Origin: Carpediemonas membranifera BICM | Taxonomy: Eukaryota > Protista > Fornicata | Length of the DNA stretch: 64,000 bases | Direction: 5' to 3' | Assembly: GCA_019828565.1 (NCBI GenBank) | Contig: JAHDYR010000005.1 | Span: forward strand, 1,381,991 to 1,445,990 | In this document: positions 23,734-35,289 of the stretch, one piece after another | Layout: every line of letters begins with the position of its first letter | How positions within the stretch are numbered: position 1 is the stretch's first letter | Program-made: the position numbers and the translations under genes | The notes under the pieces: model-generated | The model's database searches: none | The model's input: only the letters and a program-made list of their open reading frames with translations | What the model was told of the DNA's origin: nothing

Positions 23734-24351
23734 ATGAACTGGGAGTCCCAGCTTAATGAGGCGCTATGCAGGAATAATCAACCTGTTGTAGGCTCAATAA
23801 CGCGTGCAGCCGCTGTATGGGCACGGACATCCCCGCCGGCTGAAGTCATGGCAGCTGTTAGTAGCGTGCGCATCGCATCTGCTGCCGACATGACACCTCC
23901 TGACTCGTATCATCCACGTCCGGAGCTAGAATCCATCCTTATGGAGGAAGTAGAGAAGCCCATCGCGATAGGTGCTGTGGAGGAGCTTCCTCAAGCGCCA
24001 AGATTGGTCTCACCGATCTTTGTTCTGCTCAAGTCCGATGGCGAGACATGGAGGCTAATCCATGATCTAAGAACGCTCAATGGGACGATAGAAGCTGCTA
24101 AGTTCTCGATGAAAGGACTGCAGGAAGCAGCGGAGACGATTCTCCCCGGTGACAGCATGATCACCATCGATTTCGCCAAGGGATATTACCAACTACTCCT
24201 GGCAGAAGAGGATACTGAACTTGCCGGGTTCTCTGTAGCTGGCAGGTACTTCAAGTTCCTCGTTTTGCCCTTCGGTTTGTCGACGGCCCCAAGGGCGTTT
24301 CAGATGATGTCAAAGCATGCAGCTCGGTTCATTGCAGCCCGCCTTGGTGTA
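23734..24351 (+). CDS. YR2 reverse transcriptase, N-terminal part
   Basis: SPIFVLLK, WRLIHDLRTLN, TIDFAKGYYQ, LPFGLSTAP (DIRS-type RT). Confidence 0.92.
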
Positions 24352-25976
24352 CATACTGTCAATTCCTTGACTTCAAGTCAAGTTTTTGTGACTTAAAGTC
24401 AAGGACAAAACTTGACTTTAAGTCATTTTGCAAGAAAAAATGAACTCGACGATGAGCCGGAGCTGGATCTTCAAAGTGGTATGGTAGTACTTGGCTATAC
24501 CTAAGCAATACGCATGCGCAGTATCAAACTTTAAATCCTGCTAGAAAAAAGTAACATAGGGACAAATTGGAATTGAGAGTTGAGACTCAAAAAACGGGCA
24601 GGTGGGAGGAAATGGTCCATAAGTACGCCGTATGGGTCGCTTCCTCCCTTCTGCCCCTTTTTTTATCGCAAAATCGATTTGCCGGATTTGACACACGTTT
24701 GATGTGATCAAAATGGATTTGATAGACATGGGTCCAGATCATGCAGTTGGCCATCCTGAAGCGCTAGGGCAGCCTGCAGACCGCAGCAATGCCTCTGCTG
24801 AATGCCCTTCATGCCTGACGGACAGGACGCGCGTTGACTCTAAAGGACTGCATGTTTCGGCATCAGAAGAAGGTGTGGAATACAACGGAGTCATCGCCGA
24901 ACCGCTCCGACCATGTCGGTTATTAGGACATCGCGTTCAGACGCCCTCTGCAATTACCAAGTCAATAGATGGGAGTCGACCTGATGAGCACGTCATTTTG
25001 GGCCCCATGTGACCCTATAGCTGAGCTTGGCTGGGCGCTGCTGCGGCCATGGGCCGCTAGTGCCCTTACTGGCTCGTTTCTCCTCGTATAGCGGCCGTAG
25101 AGGTCTGGTCTGAGCCTCGTTATAATAGTCTGCCCGAGTAGAGTCCAGCCATACCATAAATGCCCCCCATTCCCCCCCTCCCGGTCGCTCATACCTCCAA
25201 AATGGCCTATATTCCCTGTAGGAAGCCTAATAAGGGCGGATTTCCCATAAGTCGTGGCATAGAGGGAAGAGGCTTTGTACACAGCCCCCTGATCGTGGGT
25301 TCAATTTTCACCGGGAGCAAATAGGTATTTTTGGCAGACAACGCCGCTCCGAGCTCTATCGCGCCCAGCGGTGCCTGCAGCGGCCACAGAACAGAGCTAG
25401 AATTCGGGTGATTTTTAATCTCGATCGAAATGCTGCTGAAGCACGCTCTAGAGGGACTGAAGCGCTCCTCGAGGCGCCAATGAATGGAGATAGATCGTGT
25501 TGTTCGCGTTTACTTTGAATACTGCAGCAATAATGGAGATAATGAGATTTGCCGGGAACTGCAGACGAATTCCCTCACTAACTAGCCTGGAATCGTGATA
25601 AAGCTCCTACATGATCACTCTGCATGCCCCAGAAGCATTGTACGCATGCTCAGAACCGCTTGAGCTGATGTTGGGCTGCTCCGCAGGATAAGGGATGATC
25701 GCTCATGGACGTCTGAAAGCAGATCCTGGACGATAGAAGAGACGAAGAGAACACGTAAACATTTACATTCATTGCGACGCGTATGCCAGCTGGGTTGGCA
25801 CTGGCGACATCAACGCAGACTTCGCCATCGCTGTCGGTGGTAGGCGAGTCGTTGATGTTGTTAGGGAGTGATGTGGATGATGGAACTTGCTGTTGAGGGC
25901 GCCGGTGATGCGGGGCTGGCGTGGCGCTGAGGGTGGCGTCGTGGCGCTGAGGGCGCTGGCGTAGGGGTGCTGTGTG

Positions 25977-26620
25977 GGCGCCAGGATGAGGGCGCCAGGA
26001 TGAGGGCGCCAGAGATGAGGGCGCCAGAGATGAGGCGCCAGGGATGAGGCGCCAGAGATGAGGCGCCAGAGATGAGACGCCAGGATGAGGGCGCCAGGAT
26101 GAGGGCGCCAGAGATGAGGCGCCAGGGATGAGGCGCCAGAGATGAGGCGCCAGAGATGAGGCGCCAGGATGAGGGCGCCAGAGATGAGGCGCCAGGGATG
26201 AGGCGCCAGAGATGAGGCGCCAGGATGAGGCGCCAGGATGAGGCGCCAGGATGAGGCGCCAGAGATGAGGCGCCAGGGATGAGGCGCCAGGATGAGGGCG
26301 CCAGAGATGAGGCGCCAGGATGAGGGCGCCAGAGATGAGGCGCCAGGGATGAGGCGCCAGAGATGAGGCGCCAGAGATGAGACGCCAGGATGAGGGCGCC
26401 AGGATGAGGGCGCCAGAGATGAGGCGCCAGGATGAGGGCGCCAGAGATGAGGCGCCAGGATGAGGGCGCCAGAGATGAGGCGCCAGGGATGAGGCGCCAG
26501 GATGAGGCGCCAGGGATGAGGGCGCCAGGGATGAGGCGCCAGGATGAGGGCGCCAGGGATGAGGCGCCAGGATGAGGGCGCCAGGGATGAGGCGCCAGGA
26601 TGAGGGCGCCAGGGATGAGG
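25977..26620. repeat. Minisatellite of 13-16-bp units (core GATGAGGCGCCAG)
   Basis: Directly visible tandem array with length variants. Confidence 0.95.
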
Positions 26621-26983
26621 AGTACAGTATTTGAACCCCGAAAACGCCATATTACCAGCACCAATGAGCTTCATCAACGAAGATGCGCTCACTGGTGCCG
26701 GTTATGGCGTTTTCGGGGTTCGTCGATCATTCTGCTCCCAAATCTGCACCTGTATTTTCGTGAGCATGCCCGGGAGCTGGGCCAGACGAGTGGTGCCACA
26801 GGGACTAAGCTCAGATGCTCAGCCTCTGCCAGGCGGCACTCGTTTGAATTCTGCACGAAAAAAAATCAGACGACGAATGATGGGCAAAGGGCCGCGAAAA
26901 CGCTGAAGTACCAGCGCAAGTAGAGTATTTTGCAATAAAATAGCTTACTTGCGGTGGTGCTGGCGTTTTCGGGGCCCCAATAT

Positions 26984-27369
26984 CCTCTCTCCCCCGTGCT
27001 CTCTCCCGGACGTTCCCCCGGGCTCTCTTCTCCCGGGGCTCTCTCCCCCGTGCTCTCTCTTGGACGTTCCCCCGGGCTCTCTTCTCCCGGGCTCTCCCCG
27101 TGCTCTCTCCGGACGTTCCCCCGGGCTCTCTTCTCCCGGGCTCTCTCCCCCGTGCTCTCTCCCGGACGTTCCCCCGGGCTCTCTTCTCCCGGGCTCTCTC
27201 CCCCGTGCTCTCTTGGACGTTCCCCCGGGCTCTCTCCCCCGTGCTCTCTCCCGGACGTTCCCCCGGGCTCTCTTCTCCTGGGGCTCTCTCCCCTGTGCTC
27301 TCTCCCGGACGTTCCCCCGGGCTCTCTTCTCCTGGGGCTCTCTCCCCTGTGCTCTCTCCCGGACGTTCC
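26984..27369. repeat. Pyrimidine-rich tandem repeat, ~51-bp unit
   Basis: ctctctcccccgtgctctctcccggacgttcccccgggctctcttctcccggg repeated about 8 times. Confidence 0.95.
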
Positions 27370-27400
27370 AGAAGAGACAATGGCTATTTCTGGAATCCAA

Positions 27401-27656
27401 TGGACAGTTGGTGGCAGTATTGATGTTGTTTATGCAATTAAAGTTCCTATCGTTTCTTCTAGCTCGTTCCTTGTGTGGTTTCGTGGTTCCTTTGACTCGT
27501 TTGATGTTGTTAATGAGTATCATGGGCCATAGCGGCCGTCAGACGCTATTGATGTGTTATTATGCAAGCTTATATCCTCAATAAAGCTCTATAGCTCATT
27601 GGCACTGAGAAAATAGTGGGAAGTCGGTTCCCACTATTGGTGCACTTTATGGCTCG
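27401..27656 (+). repeat. 256-bp direct repeat, second copy at 32131-32386
   Basis: 1 mismatch seen; contains hairpin aatagtgggaa-gtcgg-ttcccactatt. Confidence 0.95.
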
Positions 27657-27796
27657 ATCTCAATCCGCTGGTCTCCGACAGGCAAGAGAGCGAGACAGGA
27701 ATAAATGAATGTATATCTGACTGTCTGGTCAGCTGCGCCAAGTCGATGGCTTAGTCAGTGTTTGAGTCATTCCCACGACATATTTACTTCGTTCAT

Positions 27797-29184
27797 TTAC
27801 TTCTGATGCTTTTCCTGCTCTCTCTTCTCCATCAGGTCGTCATACTCGGCCCTCGTCAGCCTCACAGTTGTCATCCCGGCATCACGGATGTGCTCAAAGG
27901 CCTCAACGGGCAGCTTCGGCATCCCGTCCTCGCTGTCGCTGCTGCTGCCCAAGTCTGACTCGCTCTCGTGATAGCGGCGAAGGCGAATGCGTCTGCTGGG
28001 CTCCCTGGTCTTCATAGAGTCATAGAGCGGAGCGAGCCCACTTCCATTGGCCCCGCTACGGACACCCTCATCGGTATCTCTCTCAGACATATCACACTCA
28101 ACCTGTTGTGACTGAACAAATGACAGGTTGTCGACGAGGCTATCCTCGGCATCGCTGTCTGAACTCTCCTCATCCTCCCACTCTCCTTCCAGCATCTCCA
28201 ACCCGGCTGTCTCGTCAAACTCGCCCTCCACTGCGGTCTCCGGCATCTCTGCCTCGCCAGCTGTCTCGTCAAACAGCGCCTCATCGTCAGACTCACCCTC
28301 CCCCGTGTCGCCCCCCTCGGGCTTACGCTGGTCGTGGAGCTGGACCATCCTAATCCTGAGCTTGTTGTAAAGCCAGTCATCGAGCGTCGGCGGCACCAGG
28401 TCAGCAGAGCTTCGGATCTCCGGGTTGAGATCGAGGATCGTTGGGCGCCGCGTGGTCGTTAAGTGACTGGACGCCAACTGATGCCTGAACTGCTCATCGG
28501 TCAGGCTGATGCGCTTGTCCTTAATGACCTTACGAACCTTGATCGGATCCCTGGGCCTGCCAGTCCGTCTTTGTGTCTCAATCACCCGCTTCTTGAGCTG
28601 ATTGAGATCGACATGCACAGTGGGCGCATAGCGAAGCTGGTTAACACTCAGCCCGACCGACTTGAGAGCCTGCGAGAAGGTGCTAGGCATCACAGCGGAC
28701 ATCGCAGATGGTGCCCCGGTGAATAGCAACCAGTCAGAGAGTTCCGGGGAATCTGGAGCTCGCTCACATCAATATCGCGGGCTGATGTGGCAGTCATGCC
28801 CGTGTGGCTGATGATAAGAGCCAGCGCATTGTAGGGGAAGACTAGTCGGACAATAGCTTCCGATGCGACAGGCTCAAACTGCCCAAGCGGCTTGACATTG
28901 TCTCTGCCGGAGTTTCGGAATGAGTTGACGGCACTGAGAGTGACAGCAGCGGTTGCCTTGTTCAATGATGCAGCAAAACCGGGCACAAGCGATCTAACCT
29001 CCTCGGATCGGATCACGGAGAGCGCTTCATCCTCGGTACTCCCTCGCTCACGTTGTAAGAATTGAACGAACCGCGAAAGGTTGTTTGCAGCCGCTTTCCG
29101 GGAAGATTTCTTCTTAATCTTGTTCAACCAAGCTTCTTTCATAGCTTCCATGGTTGTTTCCATCTCCTGCGGGCTTCCTTCCAT
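27797..29184 (-). CDS. Degenerate tyrosine-recombinase-fold protein with long acidic tail (frameshift near 28725)
   Basis: Core-binding-like helices SSRKAAANNLSRFVQFL and KATAAVTLSAVNSF; box I-like ALIISHTGMTATSARDIDVSEL; box II-like FSQALKSVGLSVNQLRY. Confidence 0.5.
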
Positions 29185-29189
29185 CGATA

Positions 29190-29511
29190 TACGGATTTCA
29201 GACTTTCGTCATGCACAAAAATTCGAATCTCTCCAAATGCCCAAAACAGTGGTCAAACCGTGTTCAGGGGTACAATAGAGTGCCATAGGCACGTTCTTGC
29301 ATTTCAAAATATTCTAGAGGTCGTTCATAAATTCTCAGATGGCCAACAGTACGAAAGTCTGAAATCCATTTATCATGAGACCCGACAAATTTGAAATCCA
29401 TTTATCGGGTGGATACATCACTGTAGAGGGTATTCATGGATATAGGTGCCTTTTCGGTGCCGAGGGGAGTCAACATTTGAGGTCGTGCAGGCAGAAAGTC
29501 TGAAATCCGTA
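29190..29511. mobile_element. 322-bp MITE, 18-bp TIRs, TA TSD (Tc1/mariner-like)
   Basis: TA|tacggatttcagactttc ... gaaagtctgaaatccgta|TA; extra internal TIR-like copies near 29353 and 29392. Confidence 0.7.
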
Positions 29512-30299
29512 TATCTCATCACTGCTTATAGATCCTGGCAGACAACGCCTTCTTGGCAACGCCTGAGGTGTAAGGATTCGCTTGCCTCTGTGTTGTCGCA
29601 TCAGCTTCGCTGAAAACGGGGGAACTGACCCGCGCATTCGCGCACTTTATGCTCGCAACGAGATTGAAATGGCGAACTTAAGAATAGAAAGAATACTGGC
29701 GGCTTTAACGTAGTAGGCATGTGTACAACACTAAGAAACATCAGTATGCGGGCGCAGAGCATCACTAAAGCAACAATAATCCCTAAACAACATCAATCAT
29801 CATAAGTCCATCAGGACCATACGATATGAACAATAAATGAACCACAGAGCAGTATAGATGATTTGAGAGTACCAGGCATGGCCAGAATACCGCAATTATC
29901 GTCCGTTGATCCACGTGACCTCCATCTTGGTCGGTATCCAGAGAACGCCCGTCAGACGCTTGCAACGGAACATTTAGGGGGAGCATCCTGAATGGGGCCA
30001 GATTTGAGGGACCCTTGGTCTGACATGCCATGACCGAGTACTCTAGGGGCCTCCACAGTGCGTCCCGAGGTACGTTATAGCACCACAGACTTGGTGTGTC
30101 TTAGCCTGCACCGCCCGAAAGCTCGCCGGATCACTCCCCATACGTTATATCGCCATTCAGTCCACATAATGGGTGTTTTCGGAGCGATTATATCCCCCGT
30201 TTGTATGGTATAACGTTTCCGACACCCCGTTGCCTACGGTTACTGGCAATTTTCTCATCTCTGTTATATGTCCATTATTGGGATATAACGAAGAGAAGA

Positions 30300-32058
30300 A
30301 TGACGTTCGAATTCCTTCACGAGTGGATCGAGAGCACCTCAGATGATGTGATTGAGGCCGTTATCACCGAATTCAAGGAGAAGAAGACAAACAAGGCGAA
30401 GAGTGCCGTTCTTCGGGACAAATTGCTCGACGAGAACGATATCTTCGATATAGTCGTCAAGAACGGTACGTAATTGGTGCAAATGTTTATATAGGGATCA
30501 ACTTCAACCACCTGTGCTCATATTTCGAGATTCAGGGCGAGAAGAAGGCAGAACTCGAGGCATTGCTGTCTCAGCAGGTGCAGGATAAGACCTCGAACGA
30601 GAACATCGAGGCAACCTTCACGGAGAAGGAGATGAAGGCGTTTGAGTCGGCCGCTGTCACAGCCTTCAAGAACTCCAAGAGGGCTGAGTATGCCAAGGAG
30701 AATGAGGGCGCGCGTATCGAAAAAGAGGCGCTGAGTGTCAAGGTTCGGGCGTGGCGCAACGCGACATCCACCAACGCGCTTGTGCGCGACCATGTCACAG
30801 CAATGGTTGCCAGGGTGCGCAGCAAGGAGGCAGACCTTGCTTACATGAAGCACTCCTGCCGCTCGTACTTCGAAGAGTACATCATCGCCCTGGAATGGTT
30901 GGAGACCCCCGCGGGAGAAGGTACGCCCCTGCTCCCCCCAGGTACTGGCGCTATCATCGATTACTATCACAAAATTGTTCGAGGATACAAGAAGAGAGTC
31001 AAGCAGTTGAGGAAGAGCTTGACGGCAAAGAGTGAGGAAGTCATCACGCTGCATCGACGCCTTCTGCAGCAGCAGGCTGAGCGAGAGGCAGCCTATGACG
31101 CTGACAAGTCCATGGATGCATCACTCCCATGCAGCCCCATCCCGCCACAGTCTGGCACAGTCTCCAGGACTTCCTGTCCCCGACGCGATACGGACGAGCC
31201 CGAGGCCTCCATGTCTGTGAAGCGCAAGGCCCTCATCATCACGCCCGAGAAGGCCAGGCCAGAGGACTCGGAGGAGGAGTCAGAGGAGGAGGAGATAGAG
31301 GAGGAGGTGACTGTTGAGAAGAAGGGTGAGTCAGATGAGGAGGACGTGACCAAATTCGACGCCTGTATCCAGACTGAGCCCGAGAAGGCCAGACCTGTGA
31401 CCTGCGAGACTGGAACTGAGATGAACGAAGGTGACGACCGTACCCCGACAGATGACAAGGATGTCCAGACCGAGGAGAGAGAGGACTGCCTGGACGAGTT
31501 CACACGTCACCTCCGGTCGAAGTTCAAGCCGTACAACCCCCAGGCGATGGTGACTGTGTTGGCCACTGCCTCAGGCATGTGTCTAACGAGCGTGACGTAC
31601 CGACAACAGATTGGCGTAAGCAGCTTCAAGCTGCTGCAGGGATTATGCAGAAGCGCGACCTACTTCCGGCAGACTATCAGCTCTTTTACAGCCATGCCAG
31701 TTCAACAGGCAAGGGTGGCAAGAACGACAGTCTTCCATACTGCCGGGACACCGCAATTCAGGTCTGGTCACAGATTCACAACATGCCCATTGCATCCATC
31801 CAGGACGGCACAATCGTCTTCTTCCAGGGTAGAGACAAGGGTTACATCACCCTGACAAACACTAATGCGAGCATGTCCGTCATCCGTGTCATTGCAAACG
31901 TGATTGGCGTCAATGACTACATTTATATCTCCGGCACGCCAACTGACGTCACAGCACACGCGGAAGTGTACCATGCAACACCTGTTGAGCTGAGGAAGGC
32001 AGAATCGCACCTGTCTGCCCAACAGAACACAGAGGATGACTGTTATTTTGTGGAATGA
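30300..32058 (+). CDS. Hypothetical coiled-coil/acidic cargo protein; predicted 29-nt intron 30466-30494; frameshift near 31580
   Basis: Removing gtacgt...tatag joins ...VVKNG|INFNHL... in frame with ORF 30563-31855; the C-terminus probably continues in ORF 31579-32058. Confidence 0.55.
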
Positions 32059-34135
32059 GTCAGTAGTAAATGAATGAATTGCGGTGGCGTCGTGGTGCTG
32101 CCGTGGTGCTGTTGGCTTTGGGGCGCTGACTGGACAGCTGGTGGCAGTATTGATGTTGTTTATGCAATTAAAGTTCCTATCGTTTCTTCTAGCTCGTTCC
32201 TTGTGTGGTTTCGTGGTTCCTTTGACTCGTTTGATGTTGTTAATGAGTATCATGGGCCATAGCGGCCGTCAGACGCTATTGATGTGTTATTATGCAAGCT
32301 TATATCCTCAATAAAGCTCTATAGCTCATTGGCACTGAGAAAATAGTGGGAAGTCGGTTCCCACTATTGGTGCACTTTATGGCTCGCAACGAGATTGAAT
32401 GACGAACTCCGTCATCCGTGTCATTGCAAAAAGGTGATTAGCGTCAGTGACTACATTTATCTTCAACTCATCTACAAATGCAAATATCGAGTGTCTCCAC
32501 CCCATCATCTCTGCAATCTCTGCAAAGACTGCCATGAGAACTACTCTGCAATTGCGGGAATCAAACTGAGTAAAACTGACTTGTGCTTGTGTTTTGGCGT
32601 GTCTTCGGTTGGGCTGTTGACTGACAGTGTTTATCGGCTGCTACAGGTTTCTCTCTATTTACAGATCTATTCACATCGAAAACTCGTTGTAATTTGCCAT
32701 GTAGTATGAACAAAATGTCTTGATCCTTGCCGTGCAGCGCTTCATCTGCTCTAATTCACCATCAATGCGAGAATCAATGAAGTGCGCTCGTTGAATCCCA
32801 TAAACAACGTCTAGCTCCAATTCTATCCCTTCAATCGTTAATGCTATACGTTTCGCCGGCGATACCGGCGTCGCTCGTGTGTTTTCTTCATCGGGCGTCA
32901 TCTGAAATGCGCAGTTTATGCGGAGCCTGGTTGGCTGTATAAAAGAGGTCCAGATGTGTATCTATCCCTGTATTGACTATCGTGCGTGGAAGAGCGGCGA
33001 GCTTCTGGAATCAACGGGGCGAATCTGCCCTGTGTATTCCGGCAGCGCACGGCCCTGCCACACGTCCTAACTCGTCATTAAGGTCGTTAGTGACCCTACA
33101 AACACTCATACGCGCATCATCCTACCTTTCATTAACGAGATTGGCTCTCGCGCCGCCCCAAATGGCCGTATGAACCAGGCGCTTGCCGGTCGCAACCTTT
33201 CGTCATCAATAGAACTCTATGCTCGCCACTTCACTGTTCCAGCAGGGTTATATTGCCAATGGGGACGTTTCAGATGTCTGAGCGAGCGATACTGAGTAAA
33301 AGCCGACTTGATATTGATTAGTTGTGGGAAAAGAGGCTTATGCCATCTAGAATGAGCGAAAGCATGCTCAGATGGGCAAATATCTCGAATGCTGTCTTGC
33401 TATGAGCTCTATCACAGTCATTTCTGGATATCTCCGACATTGCTTCCGTCATTACCATTTTTTTTCATGCAGGCGGCGTGACCTTAAACTGAACAATAAC
33501 AATAACTCCCCCAATTGGAAGAGTTCACACCTGAAACCATTATGCCTGAGGTTTCAGCCAAGGGCGAGTACATTGCCGTCTTTTTAATTCCAATAACTTT
33601 AACTTTTTCTTCGCGTTGACCGCCCAAGAATGTTCTCCTTACACGACGGTCTGGGCATCATCGTGTAGTAATACTTGTGTTTACTCGGCCTCTTGGTTTT
33701 TAGTTGCAGCGTAGAAAAATTCCCTGAGCTGTGCGCTCATCAATAACGCCTCTCGACTCGGCCCGAGTCTTTTGCTAAAAATCTCGAGATCTGTTCTGTC
33801 CCCTTCGCAGATTTTTGTTGGATCACAAGCACTACTGGTGTAGATCAGATCCTGCAAAAAACTGCGAAGGGGACAGAGCCAAAGTGGTCGAACTTGAAAA
33901 AAATGGCTCTCGTCGTCAAGAAGAAGTCACCCATACTCAGGTCACAGCTTAGCCCACAGTTAGCCATCAATGCAGTGAATAGAGAACTAGTACTGCTACC
34001 CAGCCATACCATTCTTATTTACTGACAGAGCCTGGTTCCTCTGATTAATTCAAACGTCTTGACTTAAAGTCAAGTTTTGGCCTTGACTTTAAGTCACAAA
34101 AACTTGACTTGAAGTCAAGGAATTGACAGTATGTA

Positions 34136-34311
34136 AGGATTGCAGTCTATCTTGACGATTGGCTTATACTCCACCAGGACGCAGATACTCTCAAGGCTAT
34201 GATTCCCATGATCCTTAACCTGCTCACATCATTCGGCATAGTAGTGAACGCAAAGAAAGCGAGATGGACACCAGCAACGGAACAAGAGTTCTTAGGAATG
34301 ATAATAGACAC
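34136..34311 (+). CDS. YR2 RT catalytic segment
   Basis: AVYLDDWLI...FGIVVNAKK...EFLGMIIDT. Confidence 0.92.
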
Positions 34312-34826
34312 TGTGATCACTAAGGAAAAAGGCTTTACAAAGAGAGCTCGACACAAGGGTGTCGAGCTGGACGGATCAAGACCGTATCAAATACGTATCT
34401 CATATATAAATGGCTGACACTTCCCCCCCATGCTCTGTTAAGAGCATCACGAAAAGGATACCATTGTTAATCAGGTCTTGGGGGAATAGCCCAAGAGTGC
34501 TGACCCTATAACCGTCGATCGCTGGGGAATGACCAGTGATCCGGGGATGCCAACTAAGTTCAACTTAGGAGGCTGACCGTCGCGCACACGGGACTTGCGT
34601 GTACGCCGGATAGTATCCGTTGACTAGGCTGACGACATAGCGTCCTAAGCCATCGCCCGGCGTGGAGTCCACCCACGGAAATGAGATTTTCTAGATTGCG
34701 CAAAGATTCTACAGATTCGAAAAGACTCGTGGTACCACTAAATAAGCGCGCTGTGTCATGGGTATCTTACCTGGGGATCCTGCCCCTCCTAGTAGTCGAT
34801 ACATACCAGTGTTCTGTCTGATTGCA

Positions 34827-35024
34827 TCAAACCGTGCAGGTTATGTCATGCATTCGGCTTGATTCGGAATAGTTGGCGGTTTGTGCCCTTTTTCCGCTAT
34901 TTCTTACATAGGCTTCGAAAATGCGGTTAATTAGCTCCAATTCCGCTTCCTTGGCGAGATACGGGCGTTTTCTTCTCTTCGTCTCCACTCGGACTTCTTG
35001 TGCCCAGAATACGAGCTCCATCAT
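34827..35024 (-). CDS. Small sense-strand ORF in the 3' region of element D, with a homologous block in C (20790-20900)
   Basis: PYLAKEAELELIN (D) vs PELANEAELGLEN (C). Confidence 0.4.
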   Translation of the reverse strand: MMELVFWAQEVRVETKRRKRPYLAKEAELELINRIFEAYVRNSGKRAQTANYSESSRMHDITCTV

Positions 35025-35289
35025 GAATAACCAACATCACAACCACGTTCTACGCATAAACTTTGTCCGTTATCACTTCTTTGAGGGGTTTTCTTCCCCT
35101 TTTCCTCGAGATCTCGTCTCGGCATAAAACGCGCGAGAGAATGCGTGAACGGCTGTCCCTTGGCCAGTATTGGCTATACAGGCGTGCTCAGCGTCTGTAA
35201 CTTGCACGGTGGGTGTCCTCCTGAGATTATATAACTCATGTATACATGTAAATCAAATCTGGGACGCGTCCTAGATTTCAAACGGCGCT

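Larger units (their letters stand above)
24352..34133. mobile_element. 9.8-kb TIR DNA element with TA TSD; no recognisable transposase
   Basis: 74-bp TIRs at 24352-24425 and 34060-34133 (1 mismatch); TA at 24350-24351 and 34134-34135; excision restores the YR2 RT frame. Confidence 0.9.

Noticed and set aside
25769-27584. Long ORFs over the two minisatellites
   Set aside because: Open in several frames and strands only because the repeat units lack stops
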